From assembly GCF_001194135.2 (NCBI RefSeq), contig NC_068984.1:29069681-29133680 (forward strand): a stretch of 64,000 nt of DNA, in the 5' to 3' direction. Shown here one piece after another: positions 1-12,822 of this stretch (position 1 is the first letter of the stretch; every line of letters begins with the position of its first letter). A model generated the notes under the pieces. It did no database searches and was not told the DNA's origin. It saw only the letters and a list, made by a program, of their open reading frames with translations. This stretch comes from Octopus bimaculoides (lineage: Eukaryota). A program made the translations under genes and the position numbers.

Positions 1-1020
1 AATTACAGTGTTATTATTTGCATGATGTTATCACTTGATATTTTCATGCAGTTCTTCAAAATTTGTTCAGAAAAAATACCATGTCATATTTAGTTAATGC
101 TCTTTACATTTTGAATTCAAATTCCACTAAGAACTTTGCCTTTCAACTTTCCAAGAATGATGAAATAAGACACCAATCAAGTTCTGGCTTGACATAATCA
201 ACTAAGCCCTCCTCTCAAATTTCTGGATTTGTATCTCTATAAGAAATCCCTTGTGGGTATTTAAAGAGTCTTTCTAGTCAGGACATTTCTAGTCAGGCAG
301 CGCCTTGTTTCTTGGAACCATTGTAAATAGGCTCATCACATCAAGGCTAACCATTTGACAGGACATGATTGACCGGTGAACAACTAATTCTACAAAGTGT
401 GCTAAATATTTCTTGTAAGAAGAATTTCTGTTCATGAAAGAGGTGGTAGACAGCATATGGCTCAGCAAAAGACATATTAAGTCTCAACACTTGTAACAGG
501 CCTTTAAGTTACCATAGGTTTATGTATTTGGTGAGACTTACATATGTGGTACTTTAATATGAAGTTGGATAGACTATTTGTATTAAGTCAGTAATTTGTG
601 CTAATTTGAAGCCTGTTTCTGGATGTAGATGACTGATGTTGTACTGTAGTTCAGCAACATTGTGTGATATCAGCCTTTACTGTTAAACAATATGAAAGAT
701 CATTATCAAAATTACTAGCACCATTTTTATCATAAATGCATTTCTGTATACAGAAAGATTGTGCACATGAAAAAGGTGTGTGGGGAGATTGTGTATGTGC
801 ATATTGCAACAGGATAAATACAAGGCAGTATTGTGGTACTCCAATTGAAGAATTGCAAATTCTGGATATTTTATGTCATTTTTTAAAGATGTGTTAAGTA
901 ATTTTGTGAAGGAAGTTTCTCTGTTTTCTAGAACTTAAAACAAAAGACATTGAGAAAGTTATATTTTAAAGAATATGCTCTAAGGATGCTTCTTTTAATT
1001 TATGACACCAGTTTGTAACA

Positions 1021-1140
1021 TCATTTTTTTTTCAGACATAGTACATCTAGAAAAACTTCCACTTCTAAAAGGGTACAATGATCTGATGGTGATTTAGCAG
1101 CTATTTCTAATAGGTTGAACAACCAGGTAGAGGGCTCTTT
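1021..1140 (+). repeat. Old unclassified interspersed repeat fragment; related copies near 18360-18450 (+), 42055-42230 (-), 54030-54255 (+)
   Basis: Copies share a degenerate core GCTGCTATTTCTA(A/G)..G.TGA..AACCA.GTAG. Confidence 0.55.
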
Positions 1141-1736
1141 GTTTCTTGTCATTTTAGGTATATTGTGAATGTGTCCTTGATAAGTGGTCATGAGAAGAAC
1201 AATAAATATTGATAATTTTATGTTGGAAAGAATTTTAAATAGAAGTAACATGACAAATAAAAATATAAATATTTATCTGAATAAGTCTTTAAGATGCATT
1301 GTTTTAAATTAAATATTTGAAAAGGTCTGGTGTATTGTATTCTACCAATTATAATCCAAAAACAAAATAAAAGTTTACAATATTATTTGTTCTATTAATT
1401 TCAGATTCTGGTTAGAATAAATTAAATGCATAAATTGATTAATATAGAATTATGGAGAAATAAGGAAATAGCATTTACACAGTGACACAAAAATCAGTAA
1501 AAATAAGAGAGGAAAATAGCAGTCTGTAATTTTGATTATTACATCAGAGTGTAAAATACTTGTTAGTCTAATTCAGAAAAATAAATGGAAAGAAGAAATT
1601 TGGTCATTACAAATTTCAACAAAGAAGAGCTTAATTATAAATGGAAATTAGTGACAAATGAATATCATTTGTTCTGAAAAATCAATGTTGAAAATGGGTG
1701 GGATTAAAATATGGCTTCACCCCATTTTGTTTTATG

Positions 1737-1763
<27 letters not shown>
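1737..1763. repeat. (CT)n microsatellite
   Basis: Direct reading. Confidence 0.95.
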
Positions 1764-1767
<4 letters not shown>

Positions 1768-1959
1768 GTATTTTACTCTAAGCATAAAACAATTTTAGGT
1801 AAGGTTATAGACTATTTCAGACAATTTTTCAGACTATTTTATGCTTTTGAAAGATACTCTTTGAACTTCTGATGGGCTTAGATACTTATTTAATGGGTGT
1901 TATGGAATTATCACACTGTGCAAAACAGATTTGGCCAATCCTCTATGAAAACTTTTTCT

Positions 1960-2112
1960 TTCATAGTGAAAAAGAGAAAAAAGAAAAAAGACAGATGTAG
2001 AGATAAAAAGAAAAGAGTGTGGCAACAAAGGAATGAGTACAAGAATGAGAGAAAAAAAATAGAAGAAGCAAAAGGACTGAGAGAAGAAAGGAAAGAACAA
2101 ATAAGAGAAACA

Positions 2113-2147
<35 letters not shown>

Positions 2148-2440
2148 AAGAAAGAGAGATAGAGAAGGAGGAATAGATTAAATAACTGAACAAGGGACAG
2201 ACTGAATGAGAGAAAGAAATAACGAGGAAAGATAGAAAGTGAGAAACTAATAGACACAAGACTGATAAATAAAAAAGCAAGGAGGTGTGGAATGAAATTA
2301 TTGATGATAACGATAAGAGTAAGATACATGTATTAATGTATAAAGAGATGAAAAGTCTGAGAGATTGCGGAAAATAAGACACAAAAATCATGTTTGAGAG
2401 AAAGATGAAAGAAAAGTGAAGAATGAACTGGATACAAAGC
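1960..2440. repeat. GA-rich low-complexity tract with (GA)n/(GACA)n
   Basis: Strong purine skew; explains ORFs 1897-2181, 1900-2391 and 1961-2329. Confidence 0.85.
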
Positions 2441-2606
2441 GCAAAAGCTGAAACATAAAATGGAGAATATAAAAAGCATATACATATTATTGTTAATATA
2501 TTATTACAACATATAAATTATAATTCAATACTGTTCATTATCATTATATATATGGCTTTATTATTACAGTACTGAGGCAATAATCTACAGCAGAATACCC
2601 ATCTTA

Positions 2607-3668
2607 TCGGGTTATCCCATAAATAATGCGGTTTTTTTATACTTCTTTTATTTTTCAAAATTATGATAAACAAAGTTCATTTTTAATCTAAAATATACTC
2701 TCCTTCATTTTCTACAATACTCTTCCATCTATCTGGTAGACCTGAAAGGCCCCTATTCCAAAATTCACTTGTCTGTGACGAGAAATACTCTTCAAACCAG
2801 AGATGGTTGTTCTTCTTCTAGTGCTCATTTAAGCTGCTCAAAGTGGATCTCCTTTGTTATCGTTTGGTATGGGTTTAAAAGTTAAAATTGTACTAAACCT
2901 CTCATAAACCATCAAACAGATAACAACACCTTACAGAGGTGAAGACCTTTATCTTGGGGTATCGGTGTTTCTCCTTTCCCTACCCATTGTTTTCAGTGGT
3001 TGACATTTTTATAGCGAACCCATTTCTCATCACCAGTCACTATTCAGTCCAAAAAAGGTTCATTCGTGAGACGTGACAGACAGCAAAGAACACTCATTTA
3101 CTCTCTGTACGCGAACAGACTAGGAAAGTTTGTGAGGAACCCGCTGACCCAATTTGCTAACTTTTCTGATGGCATGCAGGTGTCAATGAATGGTTGAATG
3201 ACCAGATCCAAGCATCTCTGTTTGTTCCTCAACAGTTACAATGTGATTTTGTTTCACCAGGGCTTGCAGGATGTCCCTGTTGAGTACTACAGCTCTTCGA
3301 GAACAAGGCACGTCTTCTAGGCTGTAGGTTCCAGCTTGGAATTTCTGGAACCACCGTTGACACTGGCTTACACTTATTGTCCGATCCCCATATACTGCAT
3401 TAATATTTCTCACACTTTCCGTTGCACTGTTGCCTTTATTGAATTCATAAAGCAAAACATGCCAAATATGTTTGCCACTTCCATTACAGCATTGAAAAAA
3501 TAACTGTTAAAATTGAACAGTACTCTTCAAAACTTGTAGTAAAAATAAGGACAAGGTAAAATTACTACCTGCTTTTATAGCAAGTTAATGCAGGTAGTTT
3601 ATCCCGTCCCTCTCCAACTTTTAGTTCATGCAAATGAAAAAAAACGCATTATTTATGAAATGATCCAA
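2607..3668 (-). mobile_element. Mariner (Tc1/mariner, D,D34D type) DNA transposon, internally deleted
   Basis: Imperfect ~30-bp TIRs: left TCGGGTTATCCCATAAATAATGCGGTTTTT, right (reverse complement) TTGGATCATTTCATAAATAATGCGTTTTTT. Both are flanked by TA (2605-2606, 3669-3670). A decayed transposase lies inside. Confidence 0.93.
2683..3484 (-). pseudogene. Mariner transposase pseudogene
   Basis: Across stops and frameshifts it reads: HTH region LLYEFNKGNSATESVRNINAVYG..SQCQRWFQKF, RVPHKL (WVPHEL-like), IVTGDEKW (first catalytic Asp), KVLLSV*W, and C-terminal LPDRWKSIVENEGEYILD*. I could not find the HDNA and YSPDLAP segments, and the span is ~800 bp, so they appear deleted. Confidence 0.9.
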
Positions 3669-3814
3669 TACTTATTTCCTAAACTACTTTATTCCACAGC
3701 TTTTTGATTATTGACCAGCTGTACTGTGGGATATATTGTTTATTCAGAACAAAAACATCACCATTGGCCTAGGCAGTGACAGTATGAAGACACATGAAGA
3801 CAAATACATACACA

Positions 3815-3970
3815 CACAACAGGCTTCCATATAGTTTTCATCACAAGCGACAGGGCATTATCCAACCCATTGCCATAGCAGGAGACACTTCACCAAGGTA
3901 CAACATAGTGAGATCAAACTGAAACCCTACTGTTACAAAGTGAGCTTGTAAAGCTTCTTAACTACATAGC
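3815..3970 (-). mobile_element. Degraded tRNA/CORE-type SINE head (family B)
   Basis: Similar to family B heads at 24110-24283 and 47140-47305 (GACACTT..CCAAGGT, ACTGAA(A)CCC). Confidence 0.6.
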
Positions 3971-4292
3971 ATTGCAAATATATATCATTTTGAAAACATT
4001 CATATCATTTATGTCTTCTATACTTGGTCAGTAAGCTGTACAAATTCTCATAATGTTTTGTTTGGTATGGAAATAGCACAGATGGTGATAATGTTTTAAG
4101 CTGGGAAAGCCCTTTTATTGAAGACACATCAAACATGCAAAAGTAAATTTATTACAACTCATTTCCTAGCATATTGTCTCAGTATTTCAGTGCCAACAAA
4201 TAAACTGCCAATATGCAAATAACCATAAACCAATGCATGTTGCTCATTGCATTTTTCACGAGTTGTTGTAAGCCTCTCTCTGTTTCTCTCTA

Positions 4293-4332
<40 letters not shown>

Positions 4333-4811
4333 ATATAAACTCACTTGACAAGCCAGTAATGACCAGGCAAATCTAGTCAAAATGTTCTTGGGTCCATCTT
4401 GTACAGAGTCAGTCATTTAATACGAAGATTTATTTACACAGTGATACTAAATGCATGTTTATTAAACAAATACAAGTAAACACATTATCACATATATGTG
4501 TGTGTATGTGTTTGTCTCAGGATGTCTTCATGTTGGCAAAGCTTGACCACCAGTAACATATGTTAATACTTGTAAAAAATGTCTGATAGCTCAGTTTTAT
4601 TGGTTTTTACACATAAAGTAAAAATACCTAACTTGGAGGTGTACTGAGCTATTGAGTAGTGCCTAAGTTTCATCTAACCTTTGCCAGTATAGAAAAAGAG
4701 GACATTAAAATGAAGAGGAGAAGGACACTATATGTATATGCATAAATGTAGTCATATAACAAAATCATTCTATAAAAGAGGCCTTATTACAACATTATAG
4801 CAAGTTTTCAA

Positions 4812-5021
4812 GGGCGGTGAGCTGGCACAATTGATAACACACTGGACGAAATGTTTAGCGGTATTTCACCCATCGTTATGTTCTGAGTTCAAATTCCAGA
4901 GGTTGACTTTGTCTTTCATCCTTTCAGGGTCGATAAATTAAGTACCAGTTACGTACTGGTGTCGATGTAATCAATTATCCCCCTCCTCCAAATTTCAGGC
5001 CTTGTGTATGTAGTAGAATGG
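4812..5021 (+). mobile_element. tRNA-derived SINE family A, full length with perfect 18-bp TSD
   Basis: Head GGCGGTGAGCTGGCA; core GTTGACTTTGTCTTTCATCCTTTCAGGGTCGATAAATTAAGTACC; TSD ATTATAGCAAGTTTTCAA at 4794-4811 and 5022-5039. Confidence 0.93.
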
Positions 5022-6299
5022 ATTATAGCAAGTTTTCAATTAAGCATTCTTTTTAATATATCATGTATTCTGCATATTCTACACTGAATTATGAATTTGC
5101 CACATGTCATTGTGAAACTTTCTATCTTGTGAATTTTACAATTCACTTGCATTCCCAAATTTGCAATTTTTAGCCTTCCTAATTATTATTTGACAACATC
5201 ACTTACATGATATTGAAAGTAAAGGTATATAATATTTATGAAGATGCTTTGTTCCTTCAGGCTGCCTTCGCAGATACATGACTCTTAAACTCTAAGATTT
5301 GACATGATGGTTCTTGTTATAAGAATGCAGTGTTATTGTTATGTCATCATTATTATTACATAAGTGAACAACCACTGTCTTCCACATTCCTAACATTTCA
5401 ACTACTAAAGTGATAATACCAGAATAAACAAACAACTATAATACACACAACTCACTTCAATAAACCCATAAACACCACAATAATTCTTATTTTATCACAT
5501 TAGGATGCTTTTATTTTCTTTTGAATTTTTTCTTTTCTATATTTCCATATTGCTTTCTATTCTTGCAGAATATAATAGCACTGAAATATTGCCAGTTTTG
5601 TCAATTATTTGATCAAAATATTGGCTTCTTCAGCATTAAGGACAGAAATACGTAGCAATACAATAGTAAAAGCAGAAATTTCCAATGTATGATTAAATAT
5701 TCTTCTCATTGACAGACAAATTGATTGAAGGCCATGCAACTGGGCAAAAGTTACAAGAATAACTGATTGCTTATAGTAATGGCAACAGCTTGAAAAGTAT
5801 CCAGAAAGACAGATAGAAGCTATAATGAAATCACGTCTTGCACAAAAAGAATCAGAAGCTATATATCTGACAAGACATAAAGCTAAGTAGATTGATCGGT
5901 GTACTTAATATTACATAATCCTTATTGACAAGAAAAGGGGTTATCGATTGGTGTTGACCATTTCTTCTGCTGCGTTAGAGCCCAATCAAATTTTATGCTA
6001 GTCTTGTTTCACAGGACACAACAGAGATAAAGAAGACAAAAGAAAATTATATAGGTGAAAGAAAGGAAAGGAATGATTAGGGGATAGAATTATGTTAATT
6101 AATAATACTTGAGTCCAAATTCAAGAAATGGCTAGAGATTGACTGCTTAATCCATTGATTTATAAACACAGCCACACAAGTCAGAATACTAGAAAATGAA
6201 AACAAATTTAAAGAATTATAGAAGTGTATTCACAAACATACATGATATATGTGTGAGTAGAGTATATATATATATATATATATTCACACAAACTGGTTT

Positions 6300-6460
6300 A
6301 TACACACACAAGAATGTAAGTGCAAAATAAAGGGTAAAAACAGAATTAGTACCAAAGGTAGAGAACAAAAGTATTTTATTGAAGCTGAAAAGACTTCACA
6401 AGCTGTTACTCAGAGTTTCACATGACCAAATTCGGATAGTCAAGTGTATTTAGAACAATG
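6300..6460 (-). mobile_element. Possible Penelope-like terminal (pLTR) fragment
   Basis: Minus strand has GAAACTCTGAGTAACAG (hammerhead-like 3' half), then AATAAA and a microsatellite tail. It lies ~400 bp from a Penelope-type endonuclease remnant. Confidence 0.4.
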
Positions 6461-6819
6461 CAATGCTTTATAGATATTCATGAATATTCATAATTACTAA
6501 GTAGACATTTAAAACTGGCTGAGCAGGAAAGTTGCTTTTTGAAATAATGGGAATACAGAGAATGAGAAAGACCTTATCAGATATAAAAAGTTGCAAGTGA
6601 TAAAATATTGGAATTAAAATGGAAATTGAAATCAAAAATTATTTGAAGAAATCAAGAGAAAATGAGTACCACAAAATAAATGAAAAATAATAAGCTTATT
6701 AAATTGTGGTCATGGATGAAAATGGAATAGAAACACATGAAAGTTAGGGAGAAAGAGAATGAGAAAAAGAAAGAAGTATAAAGAAAACACCGAAATTAAG
6801 TGATACATACAGGCATCCG

Positions 6820-7240
6820 TTACATTAATATATCATGTAACCAATACCGACATCATCACTTCTAACACTAAATGTTACAATAGGCACAAATAAACCTACA
6901 GTCTCCAATACACAGCCAACCAGCAACTGCTCAATGGGAGGATCCTAGCTCTTAAGTGGTGTGCTCTATAGAGCCACCCTCACTCCATCTGATTGTATTA
7001 CAAGGTACTACACAAACATGAGAGCTAATAAGTTCAAGGGAAGGTATATAAAGTATTTGTACTCTTTCAAGAGCAGGAATAGGGAAAACACCTAGCTGTC
7101 CTGTTTTATCTGGAGGTTCTATGATCACTGGAAGGTCTTCCCCAAGATTGAATGGACTATCATTGAAGGCACCCGTCCATACTCACTTAGAGCATGCAAA
7201 TGCCAATTCTGTATACATAACTGTTGGAGGGTGGGATCTG
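6820..7240 (+). pseudogene. Penelope-like element GIY-YIG endonuclease remnant
   Basis: One frame reads NCSMGGS*LLSGVLYRATL..YYTNMRANKFKGRYIKYLYSFK..T*LSCFIWRF..IEWTIIEGTRPYSLRACKCQFC. This matches the PLE pattern CPxxGxCL..VxYxAT..FKxRY..H..SF..TxLSxYIW..IxWxI..PY..CxLC. Confidence 0.75.
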
Positions 7241-7396
7241 TCTATATTTGTGTCATTTTGTCTCCAAATGAGCATGAAATGAAATGTTATGAGTAAGCAT
7301 TGGCAATAAGAGTAGATTCAATTAACATAAATGTCTGCTTCAAGAAAGACCTACACAAGCATAGAAAAGTTGATGCTAAGATAAGAAGTAGGAAGA

Positions 7397-7414
7397 TATA
7401 TATGTGTGTATGTG

Positions 7415-7450
<36 letters not shown>
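7397..7450. repeat. (TG)/(TA)n microsatellite; another compound tract at 7905-8012
   Basis: Direct reading. Confidence 0.9.
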
Positions 7451-7454
<4 letters not shown>

Positions 7455-7944
7455 TATTAATCGAAGTGTACACTATTATATATCCATTGTGGCTTATCTC
7501 ACCAATCACTAGGGGTTCAATGGAGTGTTAGGTAACAGTCCAATTATGTAATCCTGTGTTCATCAGAGGTAGCAATTATAGAATGAAATGGAGGTGCATG
7601 AACACATCTAGTTTGTGGCTGCTGTGAAAAAGATGATGAAACAAATCAAGCAGAGGATTGTGTTAAGAGTTATGTCCCTTGGTACCAAAACCTCATTTGT
7701 CGTAGGTCAGCAAGAGTTTTCTGAAAAGCGTTTGTGGGAAATGTGTATGCCTTCAAAGTCGGTATTCTTGTGGAAATGGAATGTGTGTAGTGGTACTATA
7801 TGTACAGCCCTTGTGGGGACGGGGAGATACACTTCTGTGTTTGTTAGTGTGTTTCCTTTCCTTTATGTATTGGTTAAATTCGCGGGGCATCTACGTGTGC
7901 ATGTGGTGTGTGTGTGTAGGGGTACAATATGTATACAGTGTATA

Positions 7945-7975
<31 letters not shown>

Positions 7976-8878
7976 TTATTCATTCATGTTCACACACACA
8001 CACACACACACATGATTATGAGTGTTTGTTGATCTAAATGAAATGGCAAAGAAGACTTCAATAATTATTCACAGAAACACGTTTGACACTGATGAATCAG
8101 AAAGAGGCAAATGAAAAAAGAAAACAACCGAATCAATTTTCGTCAGAGAGAAATATTTTCAGCAAAAGCAAATCATCCTGACATTAGATTATGTAGTTAA
8201 AGCGTCAATCTGAAAGCATTATAAAACCTTTCCGGGCAACTATAAACAAGAAATAACAAATATTAGTACAATAAAGAAGGAATATAGCAAATGATAAAGG
8301 AATATTTAAAATATCCTTCAAGTTAATGAATACTGCAGTCAGTAGTCCAAACCTTTAATGCAACAGACAGAACAATTTTAAAGTTTCAAAATTTTTCTCT
8401 TTTTCTGTCTATAATATAAAATGAATAAAATATTTGTCGTAAAACGATGCTTTAAATTCTTCAATAAGAAAAGTGATGCATCATCAATTAGAGTTTAAGA
8501 TACATAGTTTAAGACTGGAAGACAAGAGATGGTCTAAAATATGTCACAGGGAGGGCAATACAGACCTCAGTAAAAGAGGTTATTCATCTTCTAAACTAAA
8601 ACGCTGGCACCCAACCTATAAAATAACTGCGTAGTCCTACAATATGTTTCACATAACATTTTGCAATATGGAAGTTCAACATTTTCCTAAATTGCTACAG
8701 CACTGACCTCCACAGCCTTTAGAAATCGGTAAAAGATATATAAGAATAAATTAAGAATTTGATGAAAACTATAAACAAAATGGAATTAATTTTGAAAAGT
8801 CTATTATGCACATATGATGATATATGTATCAAGTAAAAACATTGCTCTACATATTTAGTACTTCGTATGATTTTCTGA

Positions 8879-8915
<37 letters not shown>

Positions 8916-8920
8916 ACAAG

Positions 8921-9335
8921 TGTAGGCTGCATAGTTAAGAAGTTCTCTTCACAGTTACATGGTTTGGGGTTCAGTTCAACTTTGTAGTACTTCAGGCAGA
9001 TGTCTTCTACTATAGCTACTGGCTTTCTGGGTGAAATTGCTTGATAGAAACTGCAAAACATTCCTTTTACATATAAATGTGTGTGAGTGCATGCGTGCGT
9101 GTGTGTGTCCCCATGTCTTAATATCAGATGCTAACTGTACTGTAAATAGGCTTCACTATCATATGACTGGCATTGTTTGTCTGAAATCTTCAATAAAAAC
9201 ATGTTCTGACTAGGAGAAGGAAAGGAGTGAGGGCCCGAGGAAAAGCATCTGGTCACAAAATTCCAGTGTTAATGGATTCCTTTTGATCCATGCAAGCATG
9301 GGAAAGTTGATTTTAAGACAATGAATGATGATGAA
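8921..9335 (+). mobile_element. Degraded composite SINE: family B head + (TG)n linker + RTE-type tail
   Basis: Head-like GGCTGCATAGTTAAGAAG..GATGTCTTCTACTATAGC; tail GATCCATGCAAGCATGGGAAAG..AATGATGATG. Confidence 0.6.
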
Positions 9336-10384
9336 TAATAATAGGTAATCTAAAGCTGCTTTATTTTATATTTTGAAAAATTGGAGTTTAGTACGAGGGA
9401 AAAAATGAAGTTCCATAAGTGTGTGCATGTCTTTTGAGTAATGAAGTGGAGCTATGTGCATACATATGTATTTATATATAGGTACCGTATGTTTCTGGTA
9501 CAAGCATTTGTGCGTGTAGTTACATATGTTCAGTATACATACATTCACACATACATACACACCACAACATTTAAGCTTCTATTTAAAATAAAAGAAACAT
9601 AACAGAAGACTACAAATGTATGACTTTCTAACATTCTGCAAAGAAATTACTTTGCTCAGAAGAAATCGCTGAATGTTGGCAGTGACCTTTTAAGTCAGAA
9701 AAGGCTAACCTAGGTACTTATTCTTCTATTGTGCCTGTCTGATATTTCCTTTCCATTCGGGCTCTTTCTCACAGAGAATAGAAGCTAATTCAATAATTTA
9801 AATACACTCGTAGACTACACATATATGCGATCTCACTACTTCACTTGTTTCACTTGTTCAGTTTTCTGCCTGTATCTTATTGTTTTTATGCATATCTCTT
9901 ATCCCTCTTTTTGTCATTCTATTCTCTCTCTTTCTTGCTCTCTTCTCTCTTTCAGAAAAACTCACTCTCAGCCTGTTTTTTTTCCATCCTCTCTTTCTCT
10001 CCCCCTTTCTCTCCCACTTATCTATATCACTCTTAACCAAATCTAAAAGTTCTTTTCTCCCATCTTTGTGAGTTATTAATTACTATAATACAGAGTTGAA
10101 GTAATTCTTTTGATTCCTATCCTATTTAATTTGGCCATTTACTTTTAAGCTTTTCCTATTTTAACACTGACTCAATACCAAGAGTACTTTTTCATCAAAT
10201 GACTCCAGAACCTAATAAACAAAGGTGAAAAGAACAATTCTTAACTTTTTTTTCTCTCTCTCTCTCAAAATCCCTTCACTTAAATATCATTTGTTCAGAA
10301 CTTCCTATTAATATATATATATTTCATACCCAGCTATAAACCATAGTGAAAGTTTAGAACTGAAAAATGGTACAAATACAGACA

Positions 10385-10431
<47 letters not shown>

Positions 10432-10759
10432 AAAAGTGGTGTGGCATATGTTTCATAATGATAAGATGTTTAAATGCTATAATTTTCATCAATAAGGGAG
10501 TAAATAAATTTATAGTACCAAAGATAATCTATATCTAGCTGCAGGCATTGTACTGTAAATCTAACTCAACTTTCTAAGGCAGATATGTAAATTGAAATCA
10601 TCAGTTTGCAAACTAAATCAATGATTTGGACAGACACTATGAGCAGCTTCACTTATGGACCTAAAGCTTTTGGTAAAAAAAAAAAACTGTATGTCATAAT
10701 GTCATCATTCCTCTTCTCAAAATGTGATGCATCATCACTCTGAAGCTTATAAAAACAAA

Positions 10760-10936
10760 GGTGCAGGAGTGGCTGTGTGCTAAGTAGCTTGCTTACCAAC
10801 CACATGGTTTCGGGTTCATTCCCACTGCGTGGCATCTTGGGCAAGTGTCTTCTACTATAGCCTCGGGCTGACCAAAACCTTGTGAGTGGATTTGGTAGAC
10901 GGAAACTGAAAGAAGCCTGTCATGTATATATATATA
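10760..10936 (+). mobile_element. Family B (tRNA/CORE-type) SINE head, 5' half of an interrupted B+C SINE
   Basis: GGTGCAGGAGTGGCTGTG..CCACATGGTTTCGGGTTC..GGCATCTTGGGCAAGTGTCTT (MIR/CORE-like)..GAAACTGAAAGAAGCC. Confidence 0.9.
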
Positions 10937-12314
10937 TCATCATCATCATCATCATCATCATTTAACGTCCGCTTTCCATGCTAGCATGGGTTGGACGATT
11001 TGACTGAGGACTGGTGAAACCGGATTACAACACCAGGCTCCAATCTAATTTGGCAGAGTTTCNNNNNNNNNNNNNNNNNNNNNNNNNNNNNNNNNNNNNN
11101 NNNNNNNNNNNNNNNNNNNNNNNNNNNNNNNNNNNNNNNNNNNNNNNNNNNNNNNNNNNNNNNNNNNNNNNNNNNNNNNNNNNNNNNNNNNNNNNNNNNN
11201 NNNNNNNNNNNNNNNNNNNNNNNNNNNNNNNNNNNNNNNNNNNNNNNNNNNNNNNNNNNNNNNNNNNNNNNNNNNNNNNNNNNNNNNNNNNNNNNNNNNN
11301 NNNNNNNNNNNNNNNNNNNNNNNNNNNNNNNNNNNNNNNNNNNNNNNNNNNNNNNNNNNNNNNNNNNNNNNNNNNNNNNNNNNNNNNNNNNNNNNNNNNN
11401 NNNNNNNNNNNNNNNNNNNNNNNNNNNNNNNNNNNNNNNNNNNNNNNNNNNNNNNNNNNNNNNNNNNNNNNNNNNNNNNNNNNNNNNNNNNNNNNNNNNN
11501 NNNNNNNNNNNNNNNNNNNNNNNNNNNNNNNNNNNNNNNNNNNNNNNNNNNNNNNNNNNNNNNNNNNNNNNNNNNNNNNNNNNNNNNNNNNNNNNNNNNN
11601 NNNNNNNNNNNNNNNNNNNNNNNNNNNNNNNNNNNNNNNNNNNNNNNNNNNNNNNNNNNNNNNNNNNNNNNNNNNNNNNNNNNNNNNNNNNNNNNNNNNN
11701 NNNNNNNNNNNNNNNNNNNNNNNNNNNNNNNNNNNNNNNNNNNNNNNNNNNNNNNNNNNNNNNNNNNNNNNNNNNNNNNNNNNNNNNNNNNNNNNNNNNN
11801 NNNNNNNNNNNNNNNNNNNNNNNNNNNNNNNNNNNNNNNNNNNNNNNNNNNNNNNNNNNNNNNNNNNNNNNNNNNNNNNNNNNNNNNNNNNNNNNNNNNN
11901 NNNNNNNNNNNNNNNNNNNNNNNNNNNNNNNNNNNNNNNNNNNNNNNNNNNNNNNNNNNNNNNNNNNNNNNNNNNNNNNNNATCCTCCTCCATTCTCACC
12001 ACATGTCCATACCAGCGCAATCGTCTCTCTTGCACGCCACAACTGATGCTTCTAATGTTCAGCTTTTCTCTCAAGATACTTACACTCTGACGGGTATTCA
12101 CATTGACATTACACATCCAACGGAGCATACTGGCTTCATTCCTTGCGAGCTTACGTATGTCCTCAGCAGTTACAGCCCATGTTTCACTGCCATGTAGCAT
12201 GGTTGTTCGTACGCATGCGTCATACAGTCTGCCTTTTACTCTGAGTGAGAGTCCCTTTGTCGCCAGCAGGGGTAAGAGCTCTCTAAACTTTGCCCAGGCT
12301 ATTCTTATTCTAGC
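10937..12314 (-). mobile_element. 5'-truncated RTE-clade LINE spanning the N-gap
   Basis: Open RT C-terminal frame ARIRIAWAKFRELLPLL..KGRLYDACVRTTMLHGSETW..LRWMC..RRLRWYGHVVRMEED. The 3' UTR ends CCAACCCATGCTAGCATGGAAAGCGGACGTTAAA(TGA)n. Confidence 0.92.
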
Positions 12315-12523
12315 ACGTGTGTGTAGTGTGTGTATATGTTTGTCCCCCCAACATCGCTTGACAACCGATGATGGTGTGTTTATGTCCCCGTAACTAAGCA
12401 GTTCGGCAAAAGGGACCGATAGAATAAGTACGAGGTTTCCAAAGAATAAGTCCTGGGGTCGATTTGCTCGACTAAAGGCAGTGCTCCAGCATGGCTGCAG
12501 TCAAATGACTGAAACAAGTAAAA
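12315..12523 (+). mobile_element. 3' half (module C) of the interrupted B+C SINE
   Basis: TGTCCCCCCAACATCGCTTGACAACCGATG..GGGGTCGATTTGCTCGACTAAAGG..CAGTCAAATGACTGAAACAAGTAAAAG; this is the reverse complement of the C modules at 23899 and 46848. Confidence 0.9.
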
Positions 12524-12822
12524 GCGTGTATCGCCCCACACTCCCCACTTTCCTTTTTGAAATGAATTGTATATCTGTTGTTATCACTGTCGATCTACAT
12601 TTTACAATGCACAACTCATACACAAGGTGATAGTAGAGGTGAAAGCAGTAGCATAAAGAGAAAATGCAAAGGAAACAGCTTGAAGATTAAAACTAATTTT
12701 TCTTTTTTTTTCATAAATATTTGATGTAAGAGAAAAACTCAACCAAATTTTATGCAAAAGAGAAAATTTTCCATATCATAATTGAAGAAGTTTTATTGTA
12801 ATAGCATATTACAGTTTGTTAA

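Noticed and set aside
1021-1251. Apparent exon or ORF after TTTTTTTTTCAG
   Set aside because: Stops occur in all plus frames, and the segment matches an interspersed repeat seen at 18360, 42055 and 54030.
1897-2391. Three overlapping ORFs (94-163 aa)
   Set aside because: Products of the GA-rich low-complexity tract.
7500-8037. 140-aa ORF 7615-8037 and possible retroelement frames on the minus strand
   Set aside because: It runs into a microsatellite and has no convincing motif in any frame.
10981-12200. 350-390-aa ORFs
   Set aside because: Mostly N-gap; only the RTE RT tail is real.
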